Shown here piece after piece: positions 27,115-36,053 of a stretch of 64,000 bases of DNA. The stretch is from a virus (taxonomy: Duplodnaviria; Caudoviricetes), in IMG/VR virus record IMGVR_UViG_3300037467_001075, positions 1,820 through 65,819 of that record, one strand, 5' to 3'. Position numbers and translations under genes: made by a program. The stretch's first letter is position 1, and the number at the start of each line of letters is the position of its first letter. Below the pieces are notes generated by a model that was not told the DNA's origin, searched no databases, and was given only the letters and a program-made list of their open reading frames with translations.

Positions 27115-27449
27115 TAGTGGAACATCCCGCCAGGTCCAGCCATTTTCAGCAACTCATTCAAGTCGTCGCCGCGGTGACCTTCCTTAGCAGGTTTTCCTTG
27201 TGACGACCTTTTCTTCTTCGGTTTAATTAACCCCAAATAAGCTGCGGCGGAAACATAGACCGGTGGACCATTCTCAGCCCAGAACTCAACCATCTTGTAA
27301 TAGCGTGGAAGAGTCCACCGATGTCTGACTAGTTCCCAGTCTCCTCCGCAGTAGCCGGCGGCGACGAGTTCGGCGGTGAGGTCGGAGCAGTCTCCTGTGA
27401 AAGGCTCGATTGTGCCTCCCCCGCCGGTCCCGGCGCCAAGGCTTCCCCC
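27114..27449 (-). CDS. -1 frameshift extension of tail assembly chaperone (GT-like)
   Basis: Open -1 frame (…WTLPRYYKMVEFWAENGPPVYVSAAAYLG…MFH) from GGGGGAA to a TAA overlapping the TMP ATG. Confidence 0.75.
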   Translation of the reverse strand, partial: GGSLGAGTGGGGTIEPFTGDCSDLTAELVAAGYCGGDWELVRHRWTLPRYYKMVEFWAENGPPVYVSAAAYLGLIKPKKKRSSQGKPAKEGHRGDDLNELLKMAGPGGMFH

Positions 27450-27787
27450 GATATGGGTTCCAGCCCGGCCTCCTGATTGATAATGTCCACAGACTTGCGG
27501 ATGCCTTCAATCTCCTTCGCCAGGATCTTCTTCTTGAGGAAGATGACGATCCGTTCGAAGGTCTGATCCTCGCCGAGCATTTCGTCTTCGGCGATGTTGA
27601 ACTTCGTCTTGTCGAAGTGAGGCGCCTCAAGCAAGCCCGCGGCGATAATGGAAATACCCGCGGATACACCCTTCATGGGGTCCGTGGTCATCATAGCTTC
27701 TTCGACGAACGGCCATGCTCGTTCGAGAGCAGCAAAGTTCATTTCCGGCACTTCGTATTCAGCGCCGCCTACAGTCACGGTAGCCAT
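27329..27787 (-). CDS. Tail assembly chaperone
   Basis: Between tail tube and TMP genes; slippery sites near 3' end. Confidence 0.85.
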   Translation of the reverse strand: MATVTVGGAEYEVPEMNFAALERAWPFVEEAMMTTDPMKGVSAGISIIAAGLLEAPHFDKTKFNIAEDEMLGEDQTFERIVIFLKKKILAKEIEGIRKSVDIINQEAGLEPISGEALAPGPAGEAQSSLSQETAPTSPPNSSPPATAEETGN

Positions 27788-27816
27788 TCGGTTGTCCCTC
27801 CATCTGGCTGATTTAG

Positions 27817-27881
27817 AAATAGGCGACGCCGGGCAAGGGGATTACCCGACGCCGCCCACTACGGAAGCCCACCCCCCGTAG
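27817..27881 (-). terminator. Double hairpin / attenuator after major tail gene
   Basis: CTACGG..CCGTAG then GGGCGGCGTCGGGTAA-TCCCC-TTGCCCGGCGTCGCCT followed by ATTT. Confidence 0.6.
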
Positions 27882-27885
27882 ATTG

Positions 27886-28641
27886 TTAGTTTCCGCCGCC
27901 GGCGATCGAGGTGGTCGTGATCCGAGCAACGCGGTTCGCTGCATCGGCCATCGACTGACCCGACAGTTCGGCGATGAGATAATCGTCCTGCTTGAGCGGC
28001 AGAGACAGTTTGTCCGCAACGTTGCTGTAGAGCAACAGAGTGAACGTGCTGCCGTCATAGATCTGCGAAAGCACAAGCTGGAACTTCGGCGTGTTGCCCA
28101 TGAGCTGGTTGCTGATGTCGAGCGAACCGCCCGTCGCAGCATCTTCCCACAGGTAGTTGAACAGCAGCGCGGTTCCGGCATCCGTCGCATTGAACGTATA
28201 GACGCCGGCGGTGCTGACCGTATACTCACCCGCGGCAGGAGCCGAAGCAACCTGCTTGAACGGAGTAGCATCCGCCGCCGTGTAGACACCGAGGTCCATG
28301 ACGAAATCGGCGCCGTGAGTAACGGTAACCGTGAACGGAGTCATCGCCGGGACAGAAGCCGCCTCGTTGATGACCTGCACGAGCTGATTGCCCGTATCGA
28401 CCGTCTCGCCGAAGAAGATCTGGTTGAACGCCTCGACATCGATGTTACCCGTCGAAGCCTTCCACTCGATCTTGGTCTTGCCGCGAGCGGTGTCCAGCGC
28501 ATACTGGTACTGACCGAACAGCTGCTTGATGTCGCCGGAGAAGTCGACCGACACATCCTGCAGTGCGCCGAAGCGCAGTGGGGCACCTCCACCAACCGGG
28601 GTCGCAAAGAGCTGCCCGGTGCCGAAGACAAACTGACTCAT
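27886..28641 (-). CDS. Major tail (tube) protein
   Basis: FG.G.L, FGALQDVSVDFS, LFGQYQY....ARGK; strong RBS and codon bias. Confidence 0.85.
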   Translation of the reverse strand: MSQFVFGTGQLFATPVGGGAPLRFGALQDVSVDFSGDIKQLFGQYQYALDTARGKTKIEWKASTGNIDVEAFNQIFFGETVDTGNQLVQVINEAASVPAMTPFTVTVTHGADFVMDLGVYTAADATPFKQVASAPAAGEYTVSTAGVYTFNATDAGTALLFNYLWEDAATGGSLDISNQLMGNTPKFQLVLSQIYDGSTFTLLLYSNVADKLSLPLKQDDYLIAELSGQSMADAANRVARITTTSIAGGGN

Positions 28642-28732
28642 CTTTCAAGCTCCTTACCTAAATAACCCAACCGAAGAATTCGGCTTTCACAGATTTGGAG
28701 GCTGTCCCCCGCACCCGGGCCCGTGAAACTCA

Positions 28733-29212
28733 TTATGGCACCAACAGTTTAATGGGAACAACAATCATCCCCTGATCGTCGATGTCCCCGGGGTCTTTGA
28801 AGATACGACCGCTGATGAAGCAGTGGTATACCAGACCACCCAACGTATTGCGCTTATCCTGATAGCCAGGATCCGACGGCAATGGTGCCAGTGCTTTCCT
28901 GATGCCACCAAGAATAAGGTTGTTCTCGATGGTGCCCTTGGCCTTCTTGTCCTTGCCGACGCATTGGAACACGATCCAGTTGGCGGTGATCGTCGCCTTG
29001 TAAGGCAAGTTCGACACCTGCACCTCGTCAGTGCCCCACTCGGCCTGGAAGCAGGCTGGCTGTTGATCGCTCGGAACATCGGCGAAGAGGCGAACGCGCC
29101 GGTCGGTCGTGATGAACTGCCGGGGAGTGCTCGGATCATCGCCTGCGCGTAACCAGGTGACCGCTGCGACACGCTCGAAGAGCTTCGCGAGGATTGCTTC
29201 TTCGTCGATCAT
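28733..29212 (-). CDS. Tail terminator / completion protein
   Basis: Position; NTLGGLV motif. Confidence 0.7.
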   Translation of the reverse strand: MIDEEAILAKLFERVAAVTWLRAGDDPSTPRQFITTDRRVRLFADVPSDQQPACFQAEWGTDEVQVSNLPYKATITANWIVFQCVGKDKKAKGTIENNLILGGIRKALAPLPSDPGYQDKRNTLGGLVYHCFISGRIFKDPGDIDDQGMIVVPIKLLVP

Positions 29213-29721
29213 ACCGAGCGCCTCATATGAGCACGGATACCATCAAGCACAGCGCGCTTGGTGCCACGAGCAATCTCAGGACCGCGGGCACGGAAAGCAT
29301 CCTTCATGAAGTGATGGGCGGGGATATGACCACCGGGGTGAGAAACGCGGGTCGCGAAGATCTTCTTTCCCTCATAGCCATAGAACGCGAGAACCCGATG
29401 CTTGTTCGGGTAGATCATGTGCGGCGGCGTCTGACCACCCTCTTCCTGTGGGCGAGCATACGGCACACCACGAATGAAGACACGAGCAAGGATCATCTTG
29501 CCCGTTTGCTTGACTTCCGAACCAAGGCCACGAAGAAGTTTGCCGGATCGTTCCTTGAGACGGGACTGGATATTGTCCGCAACGTCACTCTCGAGCTCTT
29601 CCGCCCAGTCCTCTGCCTTCGCGAGCAGAAGTTGCCGAACAACGTCGGGCAGCTGATCGAGGTTCCTTAGGAGATTGGACTCACCCAGGATGTTGAGATA
29701 GAGGAAATCGTCCGCGGCCAT
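29209..29721 (-). CDS. HK97 gp10-like neck protein
   Basis: RSG.L, YA..QE.GG, V.HPG..IP...FM. Confidence 0.75.
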   Translation of the reverse strand: MAADDFLYLNILGESNLLRNLDQLPDVVRQLLLAKAEDWAEELESDVADNIQSRLKERSGKLLRGLGSEVKQTGKMILARVFIRGVPYARPQEEGGQTPPHMIYPNKHRVLAFYGYEGKKIFATRVSHPGGHIPAHHFMKDAFRARGPEIARGTKRAVLDGIRAHMRRSV

Positions 29722-29722
29722 G

Positions 29723-30517
29723 TTAGAACGGTACCACGTTCATGTAAGGCTGAAGCGTCGACTTGATGGAGTCACCCATGTCCTTCTGCGAGAAGGTTAC
29801 GGTTTCTTGACCGCCGAGGGTCTTGGAGATAAGACCGATCCGATCCTTCCGCTTATACCACTCACCGATCAGTTCGGTTACGGCGAAGGAGACGTCGAAG
29901 GGAACATAGTCATAGGTGATGACAGCTTCCTTGCCCGTGTCCGCATCGGCGAATGTATAGAGACCTGAGACATCCACGGAGTACTGACCGGTTGCGGGAC
30001 TATCAGCAACCTTCGTTGCGGCAACGCCCGCAATGGTCACACCCTCATCGGCGATCCATTGTCCACCCTCGGTCGGAGCGATCTGGAAAGGCGTTGCGGG
30101 AATGTCACCTGTCTGCGAAGTGCGGAAACCGGCAGTGTAGATGACTTGCGACGGCGCGCCGGACCAGAAGTTGTAGCCGTAGAGGTCAAGCGACTGATTG
30201 CCGAAGCGAGCATCGCTGACGACATAGCCAGAATTCGGATTGCCTACGTTGCCGAATGTGGAAGGAGAAATCGCAGATCCTGCAACTCCCACAGAGGTAA
30301 CGGATACAACGGGCCAGAAAGGGAGAAGGATCGAGGACTTACCATTGCCTCGAAAGTTCATGGTATATTGGATCGGTGCAAAGCTGTCACGGCCGACCCA
30401 TGTGAGAACGAACTGAGAGGCCGACAAGATCAGGCGGTCGAGAAAGCTATCGCTGTTCCCGTCCGTGATGCCAAGGTAGTCCTTGACAGCCGCTAATGTC
30501 GTCAGCCTCTCGTTCAT
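29723..30517 (-). CDS. Head-tail connector/adaptor
   Basis: LTTLAAVKDYLGI, D.FL.RLI..AS, YTAGF, VP.DV. Confidence 0.8.
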   Translation of the reverse strand: MNERLTTLAAVKDYLGITDGNSDSFLDRLILSASQFVLTWVGRDSFAPIQYTMNFRGNGKSSILLPFWPVVSVTSVGVAGSAISPSTFGNVGNPNSGYVVSDARFGNQSLDLYGYNFWSGAPSQVIYTAGFRTSQTGDIPATPFQIAPTEGGQWIADEGVTIAGVAATKVADSPATGQYSVDVSGLYTFADADTGKEAVITYDYVPFDVSFAVTELIGEWYKRKDRIGLISKTLGGQETVTFSQKDMGDSIKSTLQPYMNVVPF

Positions 30518-30520
30518 CGC

Positions 30521-30829
30521 TTATTCCTCGTTGATGCCGGCGGCTTCACGGGCGAGACGCTTCAGCTTCTTCATGCCCATGCTGTTGTCGGCTTCGCCGC
30601 CGCGCTCCTCGATGAACTCAACGAGCTCGTCCTTGTCGTCGCAGCCCTCGATGAACTCGTCGGCGTCTTTGCCGTCTTCGATGACATCGGTGAAGCCATG
30701 ACGCTTGAGCGTTTCGATATGGCTGTCCTGTGCGACCGTGATGACCCCGTTCTTGGGAACATCATAGGTGTGACCCTCGATGTTCGCCTGGGTCGTGCCC
30801 TTCGGGGCCTGCATCTTCGTCTTACTCAT
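30521..30829 (-). CDS. Small two-domain protein after MCP (lambda gpFI-like position; C-terminal HeH-like domain)
   Basis: Position; KDELVEFIEERG...MKKLKRLA helical hairpin. Confidence 0.6.
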   Translation of the reverse strand: MSKTKMQAPKGTTQANIEGHTYDVPKNGVITVAQDSHIETLKRHGFTDVIEDGKDADEFIEGCDDKDELVEFIEERGGEADNSMGMKKLKRLAREAAGINEE

Positions 30830-30852
30830 GTTGGATTGTCCCGTCTTGCGCC

Positions 30853-30901
30853 AAAGAAAGGAAATAGATCGGGAGGCATCTGGCGCGACACCTCCCGATC
30901 C
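30853..30901 (-). terminator. Rho-independent terminator after MCP
   Basis: GATCGGGAGGTGTC-loop-GATGCCTCCCGATC then T-rich tract. Confidence 0.8.
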
Positions 30902-30911
30902 TTACGACCCG

Positions 30912-32420
30912 TTAGGCGCCGATGTTGCAGATCAAGCCCATCGACGGCGGGAAGTAATGCTGCAGCACCTCGTCGGCATAGACGCCGTACTCGTACTTAC
31001 GAGTGCGGAGCGGCCATTCGATCTGGTAGTACTCCTGACGAGTACGGATCTGCATGACGTTCCCGACGCCGGAGACCGGATACGGGATGCTGTTCGAGGT
31101 GAACAGGATCATGCCCTGCGGCATGTTCGGATGGATCCGAACCTTCACGACGTTGGCGCCGGCCATCGAGAAGCGGTTCAGGTAGGTTGCGACCATGACG
31201 CCGCCGACCATCATTCCCTGCTCCATGTTGACCACGATGCGGTAAGCACCGTTCGCATTGCCGGCCAGGATCTTCTGGCTGATCAGCAAGGCGAGGTCCG
31301 ACGAGACCCAGATCGTGTCCGGGGTCAACTTGTAGTTGTCCCAGAACGACTTGAGAGCCGCATCGATTTCGACGATGCCGCCTGCCCCGTCCGCGGTGAT
31401 CGTTGCACCGTCGAGCGAACGATAGTAGCTGTTGCTACCCGGCTGAGCAATCTGCGTCAGCAGTCCGTCGAAGACGAGGTTGTTGCGGCTGTTGTCGGCC
31501 GTAACCGTCGAAGCGGCCTGAGTGCCCGCACCAGCGGCAGTCGTCAGCGTCGCAGCGTTCACCGTGGTGATTGCTCCGAGCGTTGCGGTGCCGGCAGCTG
31601 CGCCCCAGAACCATGCGTAGGCAACAGCGCCCTTGACCGCGGCGACCGTCGCCGTGATCGAACCCGTCGGGCCGGTGACCGCCACAGAAGCGTCGACCGA
31701 GATATTGGCCGATCCGCCGCCGAAGGTGTCCGTCGAACTGTCCGCATTGGTCCGGGTGACCGAAGTCGGGATGCCCGCAACCACAGACGAGTTGATGTAA
31801 CCTTCGAGCGTCAGAGCAACGACCCGAACGTGGACGGTGCCCGTTGCAATGGTGCCGCCCGTGGTCCCCGCGGTGAGCGAAGGAGTGGGGGTGACGCCCA
31901 GAGCAAGGGTGCCGTTGCCACCGAGGATCAGAATTTCCTCGGCCAGCATGAGAGCCTGAAGGCCAACCTTCGCTGCAAGAGCGCGGATGTCTTCGAAGCC
32001 CTGACCGGCATACTGCGCCTCGAAGTCGACGTTGTCTTCGATGCCGATGCCCTTGTAGGCAGCCGCATAGTCGGCAACGCTGACAGCCATGACGGCGCCG
32101 CGGTTACCACCGCTGACACCGACGCGGATGCCCGAGGTGTTGATGCCCGTAACGGCCTTCCAGTTTGCCTGGATACCGCCTCGTCCGCTGACCCGCGGAA
32201 TTTCGTTCCGCAGCGGCGTGAGGATCGGGTAGAGCATCTTCGCCCCGGCCTCGAGGTCGTAGAAGGTAAGGCCGGTCGTGGCCGAACCCGACTGCGAGAA
32301 CGTCGACTTGATGAGGTCGCTGTTCTCACCGGTGAGGATCGGCGAGCTTGCGAGAGCCTTCATGAGGGCTTCCATGGAAGTCCCTGCAGCGAGGCCCTGT
32401 TCAATCGGAAGCGTATTCAT
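30912..32420 (-). CDS. Major capsid protein with inserted Ig/FN3-like domain
   Basis: 502 aa, strongest codon bias, after protease/scaffold; YDLE..AK.LYP.LTPLRN, YYQIEWP, YGVY.DEVL. Confidence 0.85.
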   Translation of the reverse strand: MNTLPIEQGLAAGTSMEALMKALASSPILTGENSDLIKSTFSQSGSATTGLTFYDLEAGAKMLYPILTPLRNEIPRVSGRGGIQANWKAVTGINTSGIRVGVSGGNRGAVMAVSVADYAAAYKGIGIEDNVDFEAQYAGQGFEDIRALAAKVGLQALMLAEEILILGGNGTLALGVTPTPSLTAGTTGGTIATGTVHVRVVALTLEGYINSSVVAGIPTSVTRTNADSSTDTFGGGSANISVDASVAVTGPTGSITATVAAVKGAVAYAWFWGAAAGTATLGAITTVNAATLTTAAGAGTQAASTVTADNSRNNLVFDGLLTQIAQPGSNSYYRSLDGATITADGAGGIVEIDAALKSFWDNYKLTPDTIWVSSDLALLISQKILAGNANGAYRIVVNMEQGMMVGGVMVATYLNRFSMAGANVVKVRIHPNMPQGMILFTSNSIPYPVSGVGNVMQIRTRQEYYQIEWPLRTRKYEYGVYADEVLQHYFPPSMGLICNIGA

Positions 32421-32518
32421 ACTAACTCCAATCTATTGGTGCTTCTTGGGTTGGTGAAACCTTACCGTCCCCGGCAAGGGTGAAGTTGGCTCCCGTCCCC
32501 GGTCGCCTCGTTGCTCCG

Positions 32519-34429
32519 TTACGATCCGTGGTTGGTATTGGGCAGACCAATCCGGATCGGGTTCTGGTGAGACAGCTTGATGAGCTTCGTCGCAAGGGCA
32601 TCGGGCCCCTCCGCCTTCAGCATATCATTCAAGACTGCGATGCGTTCTTCCTCGGTGTTGGCCGTCTTCCCGAAGAACGAGTTGTCGCCCGGCTTCAGAG
32701 CAACGTTCTTCGGTGCCCGAGGCAGCGGCGTATTCTCGACCGTCTCGACGCGCTTGGTCAGCGTCTCCACAGCAGCGACCGCATCCTCGGCGACCTTCTT
32801 GAGTTCCTTGTTCTCGGACTCCAGGGCGTCGAAGCGCTTCTTGAGTCCGGGCGTCATTTCATCCTCGGGCTCGTCGTCGCCTTCCTCGCTCATGCCGTAG
32901 GCCTTGGCCAACGTCTCACGAGTCTCGCGGCTGGGATCCTTGAGCTCGGTGATGATCGAGCAGACGTCCTTCGCCAGGCCGTTCTCGGGATCGCTCTGCA
33001 CGGCGTTGTAGTAATAGTCGTAGTAGCCGACGATCACTTCATCGTCCATGCCGGCGAGCAGTTCCTGCACCTGTTCGGTTGCGTAGGTGATGAACGACTT
33101 GCCGAGCGACTTGACCGCATCGATCAATTCCTGCGACACTGTGGAGTCCGAACCATCGTCGCCTTCCCGGACGCCTTCGGCCTTGATCGACTTCGACAGC
33201 GAAGCCATATCGGACAGAACGTTCGAGAAACGGTTGATGGTATACATGCCCTTCTCGAGCTTCGGCTCACCATTGTCGGCGAACGGAGTCGAGAGTGCGT
33301 TGAACACCTTGGACAGACGCTCGAAGTCTTCCGTGACCGGAACGACCTCCTCGGCTTCCTCGGGGTTGGTGGCCTTGGCAAGACGTTCACGGAGTTGTTC
33401 CGCTTCGGTCTTGGGCGCCGCCGCCTTCTGCAGCTGCTCCTCGTGAGCAACAGCCTCGTCCTTCTTCTCGAAGGTCTTGCCGTCACTGGCGGTCCACACC
33501 TGCTTCACGCCGGACGGGGTAACCTTCTCGACCTGGTCACCACCGGTGGCATCATCGTCGGCGGTCGAGTCATCGTCGCCTTCACCTGACGCACCTTCTT
33601 CCGTCGTTTTGGCTTCACCGGTACCCGCATCAGCTGCTGCCTCCTGCTGTTGGCCGACCGCAGCGTTGAGTGCCGAGGTCTCACCCTTCATGAGAGCGTC
33701 GCGAGCGGCATCGATGTGATCCTGCCAGGTCGAGCCGTCATTGGCGGCCTTGGCAAGCTCACCGGCCTTCTCGGCGATTGCAGTTGCGGTCGGCTCACCG
33801 GCCACAGGCAGCTTGTGATCGTCGGCAACGGTCTTCTCGACCTTCACCTCAGGACCGTCCGATCCTTCGCCACCGGTATCGGTGTCTTCGGGAGGATCGA
33901 TGGTGGCGACCGCATCGGTGAAGGCATGCTCTTCGACCGAACCGTCGGCCTTCACAAGTGCGAAGGTTGCCGACTTGACGCAGGGGTTGTCGACCAGGCT
34001 GACCTCGTTGGGAACGGCCGTGAACTTGGTGATCGTCTCACCGTCCACAGTCTCCTTCCACTTCTTGCCATACTTGCCGCCGACGCTGAAGCCGGTGTAG
34101 CAGCCTTCGACCACCTTGTTCCATTCGGCGTCGTCGACCACCTTGGCGCACACCTCGATCGACTGATCGGCGTCGTCATAGCTGATGTCGGTCAGCTTGC
34201 CGGCCACAGACAGACCGTGCATGACCCGAAGATTGCCCTTCGAGAGACCGCCCGAACCCTGTTCGATCTGCGCAGACCAAGACTCGAAGTTCGGCTTGGA
34301 CGTTTCATAGTCCATCATTTCGCCGGACTGATCGACCTCCTGGGCGGTGATCTTACCGAAGACGAGGCGCTGTTCCTCGTCCACCTTCATCAGCGGGACG
34401 AACACCCGCGCCTTCTTCGTACCACTCAT
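32519..34429 (-). CDS. Prohead protease / scaffold fusion
   Basis: KVDEEQRLVFG, LRVMH, YTGFSVGG, EVSLVDNP; acidic coiled-coil C-terminus. Confidence 0.85.
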   Translation of the reverse strand: MSGTKKARVFVPLMKVDEEQRLVFGKITAQEVDQSGEMMDYETSKPNFESWSAQIEQGSGGLSKGNLRVMHGLSVAGKLTDISYDDADQSIEVCAKVVDDAEWNKVVEGCYTGFSVGGKYGKKWKETVDGETITKFTAVPNEVSLVDNPCVKSATFALVKADGSVEEHAFTDAVATIDPPEDTDTGGEGSDGPEVKVEKTVADDHKLPVAGEPTATAIAEKAGELAKAANDGSTWQDHIDAARDALMKGETSALNAAVGQQQEAAADAGTGEAKTTEEGASGEGDDDSTADDDATGGDQVEKVTPSGVKQVWTASDGKTFEKKDEAVAHEEQLQKAAAPKTEAEQLRERLAKATNPEEAEEVVPVTEDFERLSKVFNALSTPFADNGEPKLEKGMYTINRFSNVLSDMASLSKSIKAEGVREGDDGSDSTVSQELIDAVKSLGKSFITYATEQVQELLAGMDDEVIVGYYDYYYNAVQSDPENGLAKDVCSIITELKDPSRETRETLAKAYGMSEEGDDEPEDEMTPGLKKRFDALESENKELKKVAEDAVAAVETLTKRVETVENTPLPRAPKNVALKPGDNSFFGKTANTEEERIAVLNDMLKAEGPDALATKLIKLSHQNPIRIGLPNTNHGS

Positions 34430-36006
34430 GAGCGCTGCTCCTCTTCGATTTCACGTAAGAACTTAGCCAAACCCTCCTCATCGCCTGCCTCGATGAACGC
34501 AGCGAGCTTCTGGGCAAGTTTGCCCTTGTCGCCTTGATCTTCCGGCAGGTTATCAGGTCCAGGGCCTGGCTGTGCCGCTGGATCGTTCGCATTTGGGTCA
34601 CTCGGATTGGCGCCCTGTGCAGTCGCATCCAGAAGAAGTGGAGCGAGACCGTTGGACGTCATGAACATGGGCTTGTCGAAGGCCGGATCATCATATGGAT
34701 CCTTGCCTTGAGAAATGCGGCCTTCATTGAGGGTCGATAGACCGCACTTGACATCGGCTTCAGTGATCTGCTGACGCTTGACAGGATCAAGCTCGTCATC
34801 ACCGCGCCACATCAGCTCGAAGTCTTCTGCGTCGAAGTCTTCTGCCAGAACATCATCCACGATGCCCTTGACAAAGTTCTTCAACGGCTCGAGACCGGTT
34901 GCAGACGCTTCATTCGAGGCAACTTCACTCGTTGCCCGGTTCATCATCTTAATGAAGGGCTGCGGGTTGATGCTGAAGGCGAAGCAACAGACACGAGCAA
35001 GCCAATCCTCGGCGGATCCGAATAGCTCAGTCTCCTGCGTCGGGATGTAGGTCTTTCCCACAGCTGAAGGAACGAACCGAGCCTTGCGACGCTCAGCAAG
35101 GTTGCCGGCGTTGATCCCGTCGAACCATTCCTGGAACGTGCGGATCTGATCAGGCGTCCACTGTTCGGGAACACCGATCAAGGAAGCCGGCATATTGCCT
35201 TCGGTGAAGAAGTTGAGCTGGTAGACTTGACGACGAAGAGCAATGTTAATCGTCATCATGATCTGCTCGACCGGCGAGTAACCGTAGATCTTGTGGATCC
35301 GCAGGTTACGCGGGCGGAACATAATCTCGTCTTTGCGGTAGTTGACCGCGGGCATGCCCTTCAGTATCTGCTGATAGGCGGTGTCGTTCGGATCTTCCGG
35401 AGTGCGACCCCAATCGTCGAGAACGCGGCGCATCGTCGCACCATCGATCTGATCGAGCGCGACAAGCTGACCTCCACGGGTGCGACGGCGATGAAGCGTG
35501 AGCGCGTCCACGACAAATACGTCTTCAAGGATCATCCGGAGCCACTGGTTCCAGTGGTGTTCGCCGTCCGGTTTCATGAAGAACTTGGTGAGGTCCTTGA
35601 TGCGGTTCCGCTTCTGCGGCGTCAGCTTGTCCTTCGGATCCTTGAGCTGAATAACCCAACGAAGCCGCTCCATCTGATCCTTGCGGGTCTCGATGATGAG
35701 ACGCAGAAGATCATAGCTATCGGCGAAGGCGCGAAGCGTCTCGTAGGTGACCGGTGATGCTGGACGCTGAGTGGTAAGGAGGTTGACGTTGCTCGGGAAG
35801 TCGAACGCACGGCCCTTGACTTCTTCAGGAGCCTGTGGCGCCATCGGCTGGCCGGGACCAAACCACTGTGCGCCTTGCCCCTGAGCCCCCATTTGGTAGC
35901 CGAAGGAGTAGAAGCCAGGGTTGATCGCGACTTCGCGGCCTCCTCCTGCAGCTGCACGTTGACTTGTCATTTGGTAGTAGTTCCCCGCGGCAAAACGCCT
36001 CACCAA
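34426..36006 (-). CDS. Portal protein
   Basis: YG.SPVEQ, FFTEGN.P, TLNE.R; between TerL and protease. Confidence 0.9.
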   Translation of the reverse strand: MVRRFAAGNYYQMTSQRAAAGGGREVAINPGFYSFGYQMGAQGQGAQWFGPGQPMAPQAPEEVKGRAFDFPSNVNLLTTQRPASPVTYETLRAFADSYDLLRLIIETRKDQMERLRWVIQLKDPKDKLTPQKRNRIKDLTKFFMKPDGEHHWNQWLRMILEDVFVVDALTLHRRRTRGGQLVALDQIDGATMRRVLDDWGRTPEDPNDTAYQQILKGMPAVNYRKDEIMFRPRNLRIHKIYGYSPVEQIMMTINIALRRQVYQLNFFTEGNMPASLIGVPEQWTPDQIRTFQEWFDGINAGNLAERRKARFVPSAVGKTYIPTQETELFGSAEDWLARVCCFAFSINPQPFIKMMNRATSEVASNEASATGLEPLKNFVKGIVDDVLAEDFDAEDFELMWRGDDELDPVKRQQITEADVKCGLSTLNEGRISQGKDPYDDPAFDKPMFMTSNGLAPLLLDATAQGANPSDPNANDPAAQPGPGPDNLPEDQGDKGKLAQKLAAFIEAGDEEGLAKFLREIEEEQRS

Positions 36007-36047
36007 TGGCTATATTTATACTGGCAGGTTGGTTAAGAGATGGTTAC
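36004..36047 (-). promoter_or_regulatory. Putative late promoter with CtrA-like box
   Basis: GTAA-N7-TTAAC and ATCTCTTAA-N12-TATAA-N-TATAGCCATTG, repeated at 42076-42113. Confidence 0.7.
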
Positions 36048-36053
36048 CGGGGA

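Noticed and set aside
30780-33589. Long + strand ORFs (30780-32483, 32480-33589; likewise 25114-26196 and 6777-7835 on -)
   Set aside because: Antisense shadows of strongly codon-biased genes; no RBS or protein-like motifs
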